Positions 35,287 through 45,900 of a DNA stretch of 64,000 bases are shown here, in pieces. Numbering within the stretch: position 1 is the stretch's first letter; every line of letters starts with the position of its first letter. The stretch spans positions 476,938 to 540,937 of the forward strand of contig CAZIBY010000001.1 in assembly GCA_964537475.1 (NCBI GenBank). The letters are read 5' to 3'. This stretch comes from an uncultured Chitinophagaceae bacterium. Its GTDB lineage: Bacteria > Bacteroidota > Bacteroidia > Chitinophagales > LD1. The position numbers and the translations under genes are program-made. The notes beneath the pieces are model-generated. The model searched no databases. It was given only the letters and a program-made list of their open reading frames with translations, and was not told the origin of the DNA.

Positions 35287-35601
35287 AACAGTTGATTTTA
35301 TTGTCTTTTCAGCTACAAACACCATACCCGAAGTGCTGAGGGCGATATTTGCGCAAACTGAGGAGCAGCCCGCCGCAGTATTGCTATGTTTCACCGTCTG
35401 CGTCACAATAAATCTGCTGGCATAGTGTTTGGGTATATGAGCGTCTAAACCCGCTCCCATATGATGATCCGCAATTTTCTAAAAGCAGTAGCAGCCATCG
35501 GGATCAGTTCCCTCTGCGTTTTTGCCATGGCCTCAGGCCACGTCCCTACCAGCAAACATTACAAGGCAGTGGCACAGCTATTTGCATACAGGTAAAAAAC
35601 T

Positions 35602-36312
35602 ATGAGCCTCATCAGATACAAACAGAAGCGCCATTTTGGTGAAACGCCCGAGCCCACAGGGGGCAAAGGCAAAGCCGGCAAGCTCATCTTTGTGGTGCAG
35701 AAGCATTCCGCTTCGCACCTGCACTATGACTTTCGGCTGGAGATGGAGGGCGTGCTGAAGAGCTGGGCCGTGCCCAAAGGGCCCTCTCTCAATCCTGATG
35801 ACAAGCGCCTGGCCATGATGGTGGAGGATCACCCGTATGACTACAAGGACTTTGAAGGCAATATACCCGAGGGCAACTACGGCGCAGGCAATGTGATCGT
35901 GTGGGATACCGGCACCTATACAACATACGATGGTGATAGCGATGAGAAGTCATTGCTGGCGGGCCTGAAGAAGGGCCACATCACTTTCATCCTCCACGGC
36001 AAAAAACTAAAAGGCGAATTTGCACTGATAAAGATCAGGGGTGGCCGGCAGGAAAATGCCTGGCTTTTGGTCAAAGCAGATGATAAATTTGCATCTAAAG
36101 AAGACATCACCACCAGGACGAAGTCTGTGCTGTCTGATGCCACACTGGACAAGCTGGCTGCGAAATATGGCAATGAAAAAGGCGATGTCCGTGGCAGTAA
36201 AACCAAAAAGAAAAGCCCTGCAAAAAAAGCCGTAGCTAAAGAACCGGATATGCCACCACCACGCTCCTCCTCACGCACCGCCTCTGGGTCAAAAAAAAAG
36301 CCCCTACGCTAA
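35602..36312 (+). CDS. ligD: DNA ligase D 3'-phosphoesterase (PE) domain protein, stand-alone, with Lys-rich tail
   Basis: FVVQKHSASHLHYDFRLEMEGVLKSWAVPKGPS, GNVIVWDTG, KGEFALIK. The C-terminal tail is KTKKKSPAKKAVAK... Confidence 0.9.
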   Translation: MSLIRYKQKRHFGETPEPTGGKGKAGKLIFVVQKHSASHLHYDFRLEMEGVLKSWAVPKGPSLNPDDKRLAMMVEDHPYDYKDFEGNIPEGNYGAGNVIVWDTGTYTTYDGDSDEKSLLAGLKKGHITFILHGKKLKGEFALIKIRGGRQENAWLLVKADDKFASKEDITTRTKSVLSDATLDKLAAKYGNEKGDVRGSKTKKKSPAKKAVAKEPDMPPPRSSSRTASGSKKKPLR

Positions 36313-36317
36313 AGCCC

Positions 36318-38324
36318 ATGCTCGCCACGCTCGGTAGCGAGGCCTTTGACAGTCCCGACTGGATCTATGAGCCCAAGTATGATGGCTACCGCACACTGGC
36401 CCTCTGTGATGGCCGCGGGGGCGTACAGCTCTATAGCCGCAATCTGCTCTCCTTTGATGAAGTATATGCACCAGTCCGTGAGCAATTAGAAAGCATAAAA
36501 TATCCCTGCCTCCTGGATGGAGAGGTAGTGGTAGAGAACAGCAAGAGCCGCTCCGACTTTCAGCTTCTGCAGCAGTACACTAAAACCCGGCAGGGCAACC
36601 TGAAATACTACGTCTTTGACCTGCTCAGTCTGGATGGCAAAGACCTGACCCGCCTCACCCTCCTGCAGCGCAAAGAACTACTCGAAAAGCTGCTCAGCAA
36701 ACAGAAATTCAAAGACATCATCTACTCAAAGCATATAGAGGAGCACGGCATCAGGTACCTAAAGGAAGCGGCCCGGCGCGGCTGGGAGGGCATCATGGCC
36801 AAACGTGCCGACAGCATCTACCAGATAGACAAGCGCAGCAAGGATTGGATCAAGCTCAAGATCACGCAGGAGGAGGAGGCTGTGATCGGCGGCTTCACCA
36901 TGCCGCAGGGGGCGCGTATCCACTTCGGCTCGCTGCTGCTCGGTGCCTATGCCAGTGATGGCGAGCTGATCTATACCGGCAACTGCGGCACGGGGTTCAA
37001 TGATGAGACACTACGCGAATTATTTGATAAATTTCAGTCACTGCTGACCGACCAGTCGCCTTTTGCCAATGAGGTCAAAAGGCCGGGAGGCCGCATACAA
37101 TGGCTCAAACCAAAGCTCGTCTGCCAGGTCAAATTCACCGAGTGGACAGATGACAATAGCATGCGCCACCCCGTCTACATGGGCCTGCGCATAGACAAGA
37201 AGCCCAAAGAAGTGACGCGAGAAAAACCTGCTGACATGAAAAAAGTAACCAGCACCGCCACAAAGAAACTGCCGGTCAAGGCCGCCATCAGAAAGGCAGC
37301 TAAAGCCCCAGCAAAGAAAGCAGCCAAGGCCGCAAGCAAAAGCACTGCAAAGGCAAAACCCGCCGCCAAAGGCAAAGATCCAGAGCCCGGCCCCGCCGCG
37401 CAGAAAGACAGCAAGGCCACAGAAGTCAGAGTAGGCCGCGCCGTACTCAAACTGACCAACGCGCAGAAGCTCTACTGGCCTGAGGAGGGCATCACCAAAG
37501 GTGAGATGGTGCAGTACTATTCAGACATCGCGCCTTTCATCCTTCCCTATCTCAAGGATCGTCCCCAGTCGCTGCATCGTTTCCCAAATGGCATCCATGG
37601 GCCATCCTTCTATCAGAAGGATCAGGACACCGCCCAGATACCCTCCTGGCTGCACAGTGAGAAGATATACTCTGAGTCCAATAAAGAAGAAATAGACTAC
37701 CTGATCTGCAATGACCGCGAGACCCTCATGTACATGGCCAATCTCGGCTGCATAGAGATCCACCCGTGGAACTCCCGCATCACTGCGCAGGATCGTCCCG
37801 ACTGGCTCGTCATAGACCTCGACCCTGATGACAATAAGTTCACTGAAGTAGTAGAAGTAGCAAAGGCTACGAAGAAAGTCTTTGACCAGCTCGGCATGGA
37901 CTGCTACGCCAAGACCTCCGGCGCCACAGGCATCCACATCTTCGCACCACTGGGTGCCAGGTATGAGTACGCAGTAGCGCGCAACTTTGCCCAGCTCGTA
38001 GCGCGTCAGGTACACACATTGGTGCCTGACACTACGAGCCTGGAGCGCCAGCCCAGAAACAGGAAAGGAAAGATCTACATAGACTACCTGCAAAACAGCA
38101 AAGGACAGACCCTCGCAGCGCCCTACTCTCTCCGCCCACGCCCCGGCGCCACCGTATCCACCCCACTCGACTGGAGCGAAGTAAACAACAAACTCGATCC
38201 AAAAAATTTCACCATCAAAAACATCCTCAAACGTCTTGACAAAAAAGGCGACCTCTGGCGAGGCGTTCTCTCAAAAGGAAACGACCTCAAGAAAGCCTTG
38301 AAAATCCTAGAAGGTCTGCAATAA
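36318..38324 (+). CDS. ligD: DNA ligase D, ATP-dependent ligase domain plus primase-polymerase domain
   Basis: Adenylation motif I EPKYDGYR. A K/A/P-rich linker (KKAAKAASKSTAKAKPAAKGK), then the LigD polymerase region LHRFPNGI..FYQKD...ANLGCIEIHPW...VIDLDP...SGATGIHIF. Confidence 0.93.
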   Translation: MLATLGSEAFDSPDWIYEPKYDGYRTLALCDGRGGVQLYSRNLLSFDEVYAPVREQLESIKYPCLLDGEVVVENSKSRSDFQLLQQYTKTRQGNLKYYVFDLLSLDGKDLTRLTLLQRKELLEKLLSKQKFKDIIYSKHIEEHGIRYLKEAARRGWEGIMAKRADSIYQIDKRSKDWIKLKITQEEEAVIGGFTMPQGARIHFGSLLLGAYASDGELIYTGNCGTGFNDETLRELFDKFQSLLTDQSPFANEVKRPGGRIQWLKPKLVCQVKFTEWTDDNSMRHPVYMGLRIDKKPKEVTREKPADMKKVTSTATKKLPVKAAIRKAAKAPAKKAAKAASKSTAKAKPAAKGKDPEPGPAAQKDSKATEVRVGRAVLKLTNAQKLYWPEEGITKGEMVQYYSDIAPFILPYLKDRPQSLHRFPNGIHGPSFYQKDQDTAQIPSWLHSEKIYSESNKEEIDYLICNDRETLMYMANLGCIEIHPWNSRITAQDRPDWLVIDLDPDDNKFTEVVEVAKATKKVFDQLGMDCYAKTSGATGIHIFAPLGARYEYAVARNFAQLVARQVHTLVPDTTSLERQPRNRKGKIYIDYLQNSKGQTLAAPYSLRPRPGATVSTPLDWSEVNNKLDPKNFTIKNILKRLDKKGDLWRGVLSKGNDLKKALKILEGLQ

Positions 38325-38394
38325 TGCGAAGCATTAAAACAAATAGCAGAGATCGAATTACCTGTACGCTCCTTTTCGCATACTAAATTTAAAT

Positions 38395-38829
38395 ATGCTA
38401 TCTTGTAAACAAATGAAAGCGCCCGATAAACCCTACTATTTTTTGGCCACCATCTTACTTCTGATGGTAATAGGCTCATGTGGCAAGTATCAAGAAGAAT
38501 CTATAGAATTGAATGCTGCTGTCGGAAAATTTTATTGTGTCAATGACACCTCGTGGACCTGGGGCGGTACCAGAGGCGACACCGTGCTCGGGCATGATGT
38601 TGTGACTGTGCAGCGATCTGGCGCGGCGGATATCATAGTCAATGACGAGCGATTCACCTATGATAGCAATCTTGATATAGTACCCTTCACACATTTTTCT
38701 AACGGGACAATCAGAAGGGTGAGTTATGTACAGTTTTTCTCCAATTATGATAGCATAGTCTATGTCGTTCATGCTTACTACTATCCTAGTGGCTCCTCAT
38801 GTCGTCAGTATAGAGGCCATAGGATATAG
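38395..38829 (+). CDS. Hypothetical lipoprotein
   Basis: Lipobox-like LLLMVIGSCGK. No domain recognised. Confidence 0.5.
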   Translation: MLSCKQMKAPDKPYYFLATILLLMVIGSCGKYQEESIELNAAVGKFYCVNDTSWTWGGTRGDTVLGHDVVTVQRSGAADIIVNDERFTYDSNLDIVPFTHFSNGTIRRVSYVQFFSNYDSIVYVVHAYYYPSGSSCRQYRGHRI

Positions 38830-38870
38830 CAGCGTAAAACATGACCCACATAGCCTAACTTATACAAATA

Positions 38871-39677
38871 TCAAGAAGCCTTCTTCCGCTTAGCCGGCGC
38901 ACTCTTCCCTCCGCCCAGGCTCGCCTTCAGCATCGTCATCAGGTCATCGTCCTCCTCCTTCTTGTGTATCACCCGCATCGGCTTTGCCTTTACTTTCTTA
39001 TTCGGCGACTTAGCCTTCTCGTGTATCGTCTTCAGCAGCTTGTCCGTATAGGTGTCCTTATACGCTGAGATATCAAACTTCTCCGTGAGCTGGTCTATCA
39101 GTTTATTGGCCATGTCCAGTTCCTTCGTCTTGCCTTTCATATGTGCGGGCAGAGTCAGGTCTTTCGTATCCCGTATCTCCTGGTCAAAGCGGATCCTGTT
39201 CAGCACGATCACATTGCCGTAGGGTTTCAGTATCGCCAGCGCCTCCTTATTGCGCATCACAAAGGTCGTGACCCCTACCCTGCCCGATGCCTCCAGCGCC
39301 TCGCGCAGCAGCGCATAGGCCTTGGTGCCTGACTTATCCGGCGCGAGGTAGTAGGGCTGCTCATAGTAGATCGGATCTATCTCTGCCTGATCGGCAAAAC
39401 TCAGTATCTCTATTGTCTGCGTCTTCTTGGCATCGGCAGCCTTGAAGTCGGCCTCCTCCAGCACCACATACTTGTCCTTATACAGGTATCCTTTCGTGAT
39501 CTGATTGAAGGGAACTTCCTTCCCCGTTTTTTCATTCACGCGCTTGTATTTGATATTCGCGTGGTCGCGACTATCCAGCATATCCAGGTCCAGGTTGCTC
39601 TCCTGCACCGCAGAGAAGATCTTCACCGGTATATTGATCAGGCCAAAACTGATAGCCCCTGTCCAGATGGGTCTCAT
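38871..39677 (-). CDS. ku: Ku (non-homologous end-joining DNA-end-binding protein)
   Basis: [23 protein letters not shown] from the ATG at 39677 (the track starts at an upstream TTG, 39719). Ku core, then a Lys-rich C-terminal tail. Confidence 0.95.
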   Translation of the reverse strand: MRPIWTGAISFGLINIPVKIFSAVQESNLDLDMLDSRDHANIKYKRVNEKTGKEVPFNQITKGYLYKDKYVVLEEADFKAADAKKTQTIEILSFADQAEIDPIYYEQPYYLAPDKSGTKAYALLREALEASGRVGVTTFVMRNKEALAILKPYGNVIVLNRIRFDQEIRDTKDLTLPAHMKGKTKELDMANKLIDQLTEKFDISAYKDTYTDKLLKTIHEKAKSPNKKVKAKPMRVIHKKEEDDDLMTMLKASLGGGKSAPAKRKKAS

Positions 39678-39727
39678 AGCAGATGATTTAGACTCTTCAG
39701 AATCCAAATACTCTGCCAATACCAGTG

Positions 39728-40321
39728 CTACTTTTCGCCGGTGGCAAATTCAAAAGTCTCCATTTCGGTACGGAATACATCTTTGTATTCATCAAAGAGT
39801 TTTGCCGCCTGCTGTGCGTCGCTCGTGACCGATATCACGTATACTACAGATACTACCCAGTCGTCCACTGTGATGGTGTAGATCCTTTCCTTGTCATACA
39901 TGGTCTTCCCGTTTTTCATCTCGGCCTCCACAGCAAACTCAATGGTCTTCCATACCCGGCCATTGATGGTCACAGTATCTTCCGTTCTATCATGTGCCGC
40001 GTTTCGCCACGAGGTATGATAGTGGCGCACGGTAGTGGTGTCACTATACAGCAGTGAGGAGTCCGCGCGCTTCTCGCTCTTGCGTCGCATCCATATCAGG
40101 TTAGCCAGCGGGGTATTATTGCGGTAAAAAACCGTCGCTATCCTGGTTTCCTTTCCTTTCACCACGCGAAAACTCTTTGGATAGCTATAGGTAAAAGCCA
40201 CCGGCGACGAACTATCAGAAGTATACAAAAACATATCTCCGGTCCGTATCTCTCTCAGTTCGCTCTGTCCGTAGGCCATACCCGCCAGGCACAGGAGCAC
40301 TATCAGTATTACGTTTCTCAT
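39728..40321 (-). CDS. Hypothetical secreted protein
   Basis: Signal peptide [19 protein letters not shown]. No domain recognised. Confidence 0.55.
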   Translation of the reverse strand: MRNVILIVLLCLAGMAYGQSELREIRTGDMFLYTSDSSSPVAFTYSYPKSFRVVKGKETRIATVFYRNNTPLANLIWMRRKSEKRADSSLLYSDTTTVRHYHTSWRNAAHDRTEDTVTINGRVWKTIEFAVEAEMKNGKTMYDKERIYTITVDDWVVSVVYVISVTSDAQQAAKLFDEYKDVFRTEMETFEFATGEK

Positions 40322-40352
40322 GCTACAATATAATCAATCGCTACTGTTTCTT

Positions 40353-40387
40353 ATACAAAACAAAAATGCCCCCGTCGGGAGGCATTT
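40353..40387 (-). terminator. Rho-independent terminator after the DUF4412-like gene
   Basis: Minus strand: aaatgcctcc-cgac-gggggcattt (9/10 bp) followed by ttgttttgtat. Confidence 0.6.
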
Positions 40388-40466
40388 GTTATTTCTGCAA
40401 GCCGTGATTCTTGTTTCTCGACTCTTAATTCTTGTTTCTTGACTCTTGATTCTTGGTTCTTGCCCT

Positions 40467-41117
40467 TTACTTCTTTGGAGCCGCTACATTAGGCGATACC
40501 TGCGGTGTATAGAGCTTGTAGTCTGATGGCACACTCAGCGCACCGGCAGGCAGCGCACCCGGCGTTACCTTTTCAGTCACAGCGGCGTTAGCACCATTGC
40601 GGCTCTCTGTCAGCAGCGGAAATCCTTTCACACCCTGCTGTGCCAGTGCCTGCAGCTCCATGCTACCTTTGAAGAGGTCCTTGTACTGTGCCGCATTGAA
40701 ATCGATATCCTTTGTGATCCATACATCATAGCTGCCCGACGTGTTCATCACTGTCCACTTCTCGCAGGTGTAGCCACTGATCTTTTTGGTCTCGGTGGTC
40801 TTATTCACTATTACATTAGTGGCATCGCCGCTCACCGCAGAGGCATTCATCTGATAGTATACTTTATCACCGCTCAGGCTGTACATGGTCAGTGACTGAG
40901 TGGCCGGATTGAGCAGCAGCACCGTAGTGCCACCATTTGCGTCTTTGCCGGTGATATCCATGTCTATGCGGCAGGAGCCTGCTCCGATATACCAGGTCAT
41001 CGTGGCGTTGTTGCCCGACCCGTTAAAGTTGGTCACAGATTGCTTCACCGTACCTTCAAAGCCGAAAACATTCATCGCGATCAGGCAGAGGGGCAGTATA
41101 GCTAGTTTCAGTTTCAT
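40467..41117 (-). CDS. DUF4412-like secreted protein
   Basis: Signal peptide, FEGTVKQSV...MTWYIGAGSCRIDMDI...LLLNPATQSLTMYS...GYTCEKWTV...YDVWITKDI pattern as I recall for DUF4412. Confidence 0.6.
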   Translation of the reverse strand: MKLKLAILPLCLIAMNVFGFEGTVKQSVTNFNGSGNNATMTWYIGAGSCRIDMDITGKDANGGTTVLLLNPATQSLTMYSLSGDKVYYQMNASAVSGDATNVIVNKTTETKKISGYTCEKWTVMNTSGSYDVWITKDIDFNAAQYKDLFKGSMELQALAQQGVKGFPLLTESRNGANAAVTEKVTPGALPAGALSVPSDYKLYTPQVSPNVAAPKK

Positions 41118-41150
41118 GATATGATATTGTTCTTGAGTTTTAGTTAATGA

Positions 41151-42584
41151 TTACGGAGCCACAGAGCCTTTCACCTGATTGGTGCTGTATACACCATCAG
41201 CCAGGCCCTGCATAGGGTTGCCATTACGCTTTACAGCCAGTCCCGGTGTACCAGGAGCACCGCCTACAGGTATCGGCACATTGATGGTAGGCAGGCACAC
41301 AGTACCGATAAATGGTATCTGCACGCACACCTGTATACCCACGCCAAAGGTAGTAGTACCGCCTGGCTGTGCATAGGCACCACCATCGCCGCCCTGCACG
41401 TTAGGTATGATATTGATGGTCGCTACGCTGATAGTGATCGGCACGGTAGCCGTCTGGCGGCCACCCAGGCCGGGTACTGACAGATTGCCTGCTGTGGCAG
41501 ACTGCCCGGCTGCATAAAAGCCCAGGGCGATATTAGGTACACCGCCGCCTGCACCACTCTCGGAGCCACCACCGCCACCGGAGCCAAAGCCCAGAGCGAC
41601 TGACCCTACGATCGGGATATTAAAGGAATAGGAAAGGCCCACTGACCCACCGCCACCGCCGCCGGCATAGATAGATCCATAGTTACGCATCACAGTACGG
41701 GTACTGAGTTCCAGAGCGTTGCCGCCATTGCCACCCGGGTTGCCACCTACAGTGGTCTGCGTCAGACCGGCACCGTCGCCGCCGCGGCCCAGCATATAGC
41801 CATAGTTAGTGATACCCACCAGAGACTGCGGGTTCAGGTTGCCGATACTGAGAGACGGGACCGTAGCGCTGCTGGAGTGTACGGTCACACCGTTAAATAC
41901 ATTGACCAGTACGCACTCCAGTGCTCCTGCAGGCAGCAGGGTAGAGTTTTGCGTCTGTACATCGTAGCTGGTTACATCTTGTGTCAGGTCTACTATCACG
42001 CATGGCTTGATATAGACATTGTAGGTCACAAAGCGGACCTGGTCGCCGCAGTAGGCCGTGATCAGGATAGGCACATTGCCGCTACCGGCAAAGATGTCCG
42101 CCTTCACCACTATGTTGAAGGTACCATTGCTATCAATGGTCGTAGGGCCCTGCTGGTAGATCTGCACTCCTGCAGGCGGCACTGCCGTCCAGGTAGTATT
42201 GATCTGGCCGGTGCCGTGGGTGTGAGCTACCGTGATCGTGGCAAAAACCGAGTCCTCTACCACACGGTCCAGCGTATCAGCCGGTGGCGTGATGGTCATC
42301 TGAAAGTCGCAGTAATAGCAGTTCTTTTCCCAGGCCTTGAGCCAGCATTCGCCGTTCCAGTATTCCACCACGCTATCCTCTGTGTTAAAGATCGTCAGGC
42401 CCTTCAGCGGGTTCACGATACCATTCATCTGCGCAGAGGTCAGGCGCGTCAGGCCGAGGCCCTTCTTGTTGGATTCCAATTGCAGCACAGCGCTGGAGTC
42501 AGGGTTCAGGATATTGATACCCACCTGGCTGTATCCCTCAGTGAGCGCAAAGAGGGTAAGGAGTACGAGTAGTATTCTTTTCAT
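41151..42584 (-). CDS. Secreted protein with a conserved Bacteroidota N-terminal module and a Gly-rich C-terminal half
   Basis: Signal peptide, then VGINILNPDSSAVLQLESNKKGLGLTRLTSAQMNGI.NPLKGLTIFNTED..VEYWNGECW. The C-terminal region is dominated by GGGGG runs. Confidence 0.65.
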   Translation of the reverse strand: MKRILLVLLTLFALTEGYSQVGINILNPDSSAVLQLESNKKGLGLTRLTSAQMNGIVNPLKGLTIFNTEDSVVEYWNGECWLKAWEKNCYYCDFQMTITPPADTLDRVVEDSVFATITVAHTHGTGQINTTWTAVPPAGVQIYQQGPTTIDSNGTFNIVVKADIFAGSGNVPILITAYCGDQVRFVTYNVYIKPCVIVDLTQDVTSYDVQTQNSTLLPAGALECVLVNVFNGVTVHSSSATVPSLSIGNLNPQSLVGITNYGYMLGRGGDGAGLTQTTVGGNPGGNGGNALELSTRTVMRNYGSIYAGGGGGGSVGLSYSFNIPIVGSVALGFGSGGGGGSESGAGGGVPNIALGFYAAGQSATAGNLSVPGLGGRQTATVPITISVATINIIPNVQGGDGGAYAQPGGTTTFGVGIQVCVQIPFIGTVCLPTINVPIPVGGAPGTPGLAVKRNGNPMQGLADGVYSTNQVKGSVAP

Positions 42585-42882
42585 TGAAAAACTTAGTGAT
42601 GTTCAAATATATCATTTTTAGGGAAAGAAACGCACTTTAATGTGCGCGCCCCGCGAGGGTTTCAGTCAAGACGACTTTTAATACACAAAAAGTTGTGAAA
42701 TCCGCCTGCCAATTCTCACAAATACCTAAATTACAACCACTTAAATTCATTTTACTTGTTGAAAAGCGGTGGATATTTCACCTCTGTGCACAAGCTATCC
42801 ACACGGTCATTTATCCTGCCCCTTATTTTCTAAATTCGCCATCCCTTTAAAATTTGGGAATTCTGTACCACAGCAGATTTTC

Positions 42883-42953
42883 AACCGCAAAGAGCGCGGA
42901 GCACGCAAAGATTGATTGAAAATTCCTTTGCGTTCTTAGCGTCCTTGGCGGTT
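42883..42953. repeat. Inverted pair of aaccgcaaag-type REP-like repeats upstream of smc
   Basis: aaccgcaaagagcgcggagcacgcaaag (42883-42910) and ctttgcgttcttagcgtccttggcggtt (42926-42953) are imperfect reverse complements. A related single copy lies at 22171-22200. Confidence 0.65.
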
Positions 42954-42999
42954 CAGATTTAGTGGTATAGGATCTTGATCATTTCAAATTAGCAAGCGT

Positions 43000-45900
43000 A
43001 TGCAGCTGACCACTCTCGAGATCAAAGGATTCAAGAGCTTCGCCGAGAAGACCACGATCCACTTTAATAATAACATCACCGGCATAGTCGGGCCAAACGG
43101 CTGCGGCAAGTCTAACGTAGTGGACTCGATCCGCTGGGTACTGGGCGAGCAGAAGACCTCCATGCTCCGTCTGGAGAAAATGGAGAACCTGATCTTCAAC
43201 GGTACGCGTAGCCGTAAGCCCTCTGCATTGGCCGAAGTGTCACTGACCTTTGAGAATACCAAGAACCTCGTTTCCTCAGACTACAAGACGATCACGATCA
43301 CGCGCCGCCTCTTCCGCGATGGTGAGAGCGAGTACCGGCTGAATGATGTGGCATGCCGCCTCAAGGATATCACCACCCTCTTCATGGATACAGGTGTCAG
43401 TCCTGACAGCTACGCCATCATCGAGCTGGGCATGGTAGACGAGATCCTGAATGACCGCGACCAGTCTCGCCGCAAACTCTTCGAGCAGGCTGCCGGCGTA
43501 TCCAAATACAAGAAACGCAAGAAGGAAACCGTAGACAAACTGAAGGCCACCGATGCCGATCTGGAGCGTGTCAAGGATCTCCTCTTTGAAATAGAAGGCC
43601 AGCTCAAGACACTGGAGAAGCAAGCTGCAAAGACCAAGAAATTTTACGAACTCAAAGACGAATACAAGAACCTCTCCCTCATCCTCGCCAAGTTCTCCCT
43701 GCAGGAGTACAAGCAGTCCTTCAAGGACCTGGAGGCGCGCCGCCAGACCGAGGACGACCGCAAACTCGAACTCGAGACAGCCATCAAGACTGCCGAGGCT
43801 GCGCTGGAAAAAGAAAAGCTCGACAACGTAGACAAAGAGCAAGGACTCATGGAGGTGCAGAAGAAACTCAACGCCCTCGTGAGCGGCGTGAGCGAGCGCG
43901 AGAACGAGCGCAACCTGCTCAACTCTCAGTTGAAATTTGCTCATGACAAACTCGACACTGCACAGAAGCAGATCATAGATGCCAATGACCACGTAGAGAA
44001 GCTCAAGATCTCTATCGAGAAACTGGACGCAGACAATGCTACCGAGGGCGCGATCCTCGAGAGCCGCAAAGCGGAGCTGACCGTGCTGGAAGACGCGCTA
44101 AACGAGATACGCGACCATCACAATAAGATCAAGGAAAGCCTCAGCTCTGAGCAGAAGCTCTACGCCGAGCAGGAGCGCCAGATATTTGAGCTGGAGAAGC
44201 GCCTCGCTGTGAATCGCAGCAGCACTGAGGCCTTTACCCGTGAGCTGGGCCAGAGCGAACAGGACACCATAGCCAAGCGCAATGAACTCAAAGAACTCCA
44301 ACAGCAGCTGGCCGACTACCGCGCCGAGCAGGAGCGCAGCGATGTGCGCCTGCGCACCCTGATAGAAGAGGAAGAAAGCCGCAAGGAGCAGATCGCCGAG
44401 CTGGAGCAGGCCATAGAGAAGACTCGCGCCGAACTCACACAGGAGACCCGCACCCTCGATGCCAAGCGCAACGAATATGAACTGACCAAGAGTCTCGTGG
44501 AAAACCTCGAGGGCTTCCCCGAGTCTATCAAATTCCTGAAGAAGAATGCCAAGTGGAGCCAGGAGGCCCCGCTCCTCTCTGATATCCTCTACACCTCTGA
44601 GGAGTACCGCGTAGCGATAGAGAACTACCTCGAGCCATACCTCAACTACTATGTGGTTCAAAACATAGAGGAGGCGATCATGGCTGTCAAGCTCCTCTCC
44701 GACTCCGCAATGGGCCGCGCCAACTTCTTCATCATGGATGATATACAGAAGTACGAGCCTAAGCAGACTGCAGCCATAGAGGGCGCTATCCCTGCCACGC
44801 AGATCGTAGAGTTTGATGCGGCGTATGCCAAACTCAGCTCCTTCCTGCTAGATGGTGTCTACATGATAGATGACTCCGCCGGCTTTGATCCCGAGAAGCT
44901 CAATACCAACGGTCAGAAGGTCGTGCTGCTGACCAAGACGGGCAAATACATCCGCCGCGACTTCTCTCTCAGCGGTGGCGCTGTGGGCCTCTTTGAGGGC
45001 AAGAAGATAGGCCGGGCTAAGAACCTCGAGAAGCTGAAAGAAGAGATCGAGAAGCTGGAGCGCACCACGTACACACTGCACACCAAGGTCTCCGACGCCC
45101 TCATCAAAGTGAACGGCCTCAAAGCCGCCACACAGGGCAAAGAAATAGAGCTGCAACGCTCCGTGCTGAATCAGGTCAATAACCGCCAATCTGCTACAGA
45201 GGCCAGCATCCAGAGCCTGGAGAAATTTCTCGAGTCATCTGACAGCAAGAGCAAGAATATAGCAGACCGCCTGCAGGCCCTCACTGACGAGGTAGACCTG
45301 ATCAATGACCAGCTCGCTACCCTGCGCGATGCTCAGGCAGATGCCAAGGCGGCCCTGGACCAGACAGACAAGGAGTTCGTAGACTTTACCAATCGCCTCA
45401 GCGAGGCCTCGGCCAAGTTCAATGCCAAGAACATTGAGTTTCACCAGCAGCAGAACCGTGTCAATACCATCGTGCAGGAGCTGAACTTCAAGAACTCTCA
45501 GGTAGAGTCCTTCACCACGCAGCTCACGCGCAATAACGATGTGATCATCGAGTCGCAGATGGTGATAGAGGAGAGCCAGGCCAAGCTCAAAGAGATAGAG
45601 AGCCACCTCCTGGAGGGCTATACCAATAAGGAAGCCATAGAAAAGGAAGTAGCCGAGACCGAAAAGAACTACTACGCCTCCCGCGGCGCTATCAATGAGA
45701 TAGATGCCAATATCCGCGAGCTGGCCCGCGGCCGTGACAGCATCAATGTGCTGATAGCCGACATCGCGGAAAAGTTTAACGAGCTGAAGCTGAACCTCGC
45801 CGGCCTGCGCGAGCGCCTCAGTGTAGAGTTTAACGTCAATGTGAATGACATCATCAATGAAGACCTCGACCCTAAGTGGAACCGCGACGAGATAGACCAG

